DNA of 64,000 nucleotides from Octopus vulgaris (lineage: Eukaryota). Every line of letters begins with the position of its first letter. The stretch's first letter is position 1. The translations under genes and the position numbers were made by a program. The notes beneath the pieces were generated by a model that saw only the letters and a list, made by a program, of their open reading frames with translations, made no database searches and had not been told where the DNA came from. Of the stretch, positions 61,901 to 64,000 are shown in pieces. The DNA lies in NCBI GenBank assembly GCA_951406725.2, contig OX597836.1, positions 31,186,001 through 31,250,000 on the forward strand, in the 5' to 3' direction.

Positions 61901-62383
61901 GAGAAGTTACCTAGAGAAGCCATCTGTATAGAAAACAATAATTAAGTCAGAGTAGATATACTAAATTCAATGAGGTAAAAAGTTTTGGGACAGATATTAC
62001 ATATTATAAACACTTGCAGAGATAGAAAAACAAAAACAATTATGTAACTATTATACTTCAACTTAGTGTTTACAAGATCAATTTTACTTACATAAGAACC
62101 TCATCAGGTAATCTAAGATGGGAGGTTGTAATTTAAATATAAACTCTTTGAAACAACAGGTAACCTCAAGTGTATTGGTATCAAAAAGGTTAAACATTAG
62201 CCTGTCAAGTTATTAAACTAATATATATATATATGTGTACATTTTCTCTCCCTATTTCTTTCTGTGGAAGAGTGTAGGCTTGAAATGTTAAAGACTTTTT
62301 CACTTCCCGAGCGTTAAGCTAATACATCTGTTTGTTGTCTACACCACCTGTCTTCGTCTTTTGTTTTTTTTGCAAATTCTCCC

Positions 62384-62420
<37 letters not shown>

Positions 62421-63095
62421 GTGTATGTATGTATGGAGGGAGAAAGGTTGATTTCTCAATGAATAAATACAATAACGTCACCAATTTGACATTATGAGAA
62501 GAACAATCCAACAGGCAAGAATTTGGTCAGAAAATCACCAAGACCAAAAAAAGAAAAATCCTTTAACCCTTTTGATTCTAACTCACCTGAGGTTACCTCT
62601 GATTCTATGATTGAATATTACTGTATTAAAATGATCTAAATTAAAGCTTTCCCTCAGTTTCATGTTAAATTTATGATCCAAACACCATCTTAATGACAAA
62701 ATTACTATACAAAATTCTTCACTGTCTGCAAACTTAATTGAAACAAAGAAATGCATTTGAACCGAAATATGGTAATGGAAGGGTCAGAGATTCCCCGTTA
62801 TCATTATACTATTTTCTACCGAAAAAGAAAAAAAAAATACAATATATGATATTAAAATCCCAAGTCAGAAGCAAACTTCAAAATACCCATACACAAATAT
62901 GCTTATATAACGTGCTGTTCCATGAATGTATGTATATGCGTGTGTGTGTGTATATATATATATATACATACATATACACACACTTTAATGCTCTAAAACT
63001 AAAGGTTAGATCTGGTCAAGCTGAAGGGAAAACAACAACAATAACTATTTAAAAATACTGAAGGCCAAGTGAATATACAGTTTATAATGTCTTAC

Positions 63096-63223
63096 CACTT
63101 GAAGTGCGCACATTTCCTAGTTCCCCAATCCTGCTGCTTGCGTAATTCTCCACGAAACGGCCATCTATGGCACAACATCCCACAGAGGAACGTTTTTGCA
63201 CTCATCTTTACAAATGTCAACAT
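63096..63223 (-). CDS. Candidate alternative first coding exon of cytohesin (MLTFVKMSAKTFLCGMLCHRWPFRGELRKQQDWGTRKCAHFK)
   Basis: ATG at 63223 preceded by an in-frame TGA; open frame to a consensus G|GTAAG donor in phase 2, matching the phase of the exon at 56839; unique non-repeat sequence. Confidence 0.6.
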
Positions 63224-63449
63224 GTATCAATAGTAATGCACTATTGGCACTGTTATGTTGAAACGATAAATAAAACGACACAGTTTCGTATTGTTTCTTT
63301 CGTTTGTTTCTTAAAAAACTTATTATTTTCAAGGACTGATTGTATTAAAATTCCAATAAATATCAAAATGTAAACCAAAAAAAAAAAAAAAAAGTGCTTT
63401 CAAATCGTCGACATGTTAAAGCACCATTGCTATTTCACATGGACGTTCG

Positions 63450-63576
63450 CTTTATACATGCAACCACCATCATGAGACGAATGCAGATGAGGTACTAACA
63501 CAGAGTCACTGTAATGAACCTAGAGCAATAACAATTAACAATGGTGGTAATTATTTAAAAAATAATCAGCCAATCA
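63450..63576 (-). promoter_or_regulatory. Possible core promoter for the candidate first exon
   Basis: TATAAAG on the minus strand at 63456-63450 and an AGCCAATCA (NF-Y-like) motif at 63568-63576, upstream of the exon. Short motifs, so weak evidence. Confidence 0.3.
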
Positions 63577-63912
63577 AAGCCATAAATGATTGATTGTAAT
63601 TCTGCACCCAACCCAACCCAACCAACTCTCTCTTTCTCATATACACACATACTTGTATTTATATATCTGTATGTGTGTGTATATATATATATATATAGAG
63701 AGAGAGCAATAGCTAGAGCTTTTCTAATCAGTCCTATTGGCCAGGTGTTTATAAATATCCTCCATGTTTACATAAGCCCAATGCTTTAATTGTAGCTATG
63801 GCAGGCAGACAATGAGTATTGATCAGGTTTGCAACAGTGTTTGTCATTATCTAATCTCAGATTACTGTGTAGAGTCAGGGCTTACTTCATCCTTTTACTC
63901 ATCAAATAGTGG

Positions 63913-63946
<34 letters not shown>

Positions 63947-64000
63947 TATTCAGTAATCAACAGTAGAAGTTATTCATTGAATAATAATAATAATAATAAT

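Overview
Eukaryotic, AT-rich, repeat-dense genomic DNA. The SINE, LINE and MITE families look like those of an octopus (coleoid cephalopod) genome; this is recognition from memory, not a database result. The main gene is a minus-strand cytohesin (ARNO/GRP1/steppke-type Arf-GEF with Sec7 and PH domains). Ten coding exons between 56839 and 23762 were reconstructed by hand, with GT-AG boundaries and continuous reading frame. The usual coiled-coil exons were not found in the window. Instead, a phase-compatible candidate alternative first exon lies at 63096-63223. A probable terminal exon of a convergent plus-strand enoyl-CoA hydratase-like gene lies at 2008-2075. The rest is mostly tRNA-derived SINEs, RTE and CR1 LINE fragments, mariner, hAT and piggyBac relics, MITEs, a small Helitron, a 117-bp tandem array and long microsatellites. 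Almost all ORFs in the supplied track are spurious. The most interesting observations are: (i) a tRNA-headed SINE-like element whose tail carries a minimal hammerhead-ribozyme motif, plus further hammerhead motifs in other repeats; (ii) a possible coiled-coil-less, Cys/basic-N-terminus cytohesin isoform; (iii) a ~50-bp hairpin in the inferred 3' UTR that folds better on the transcribed strand.
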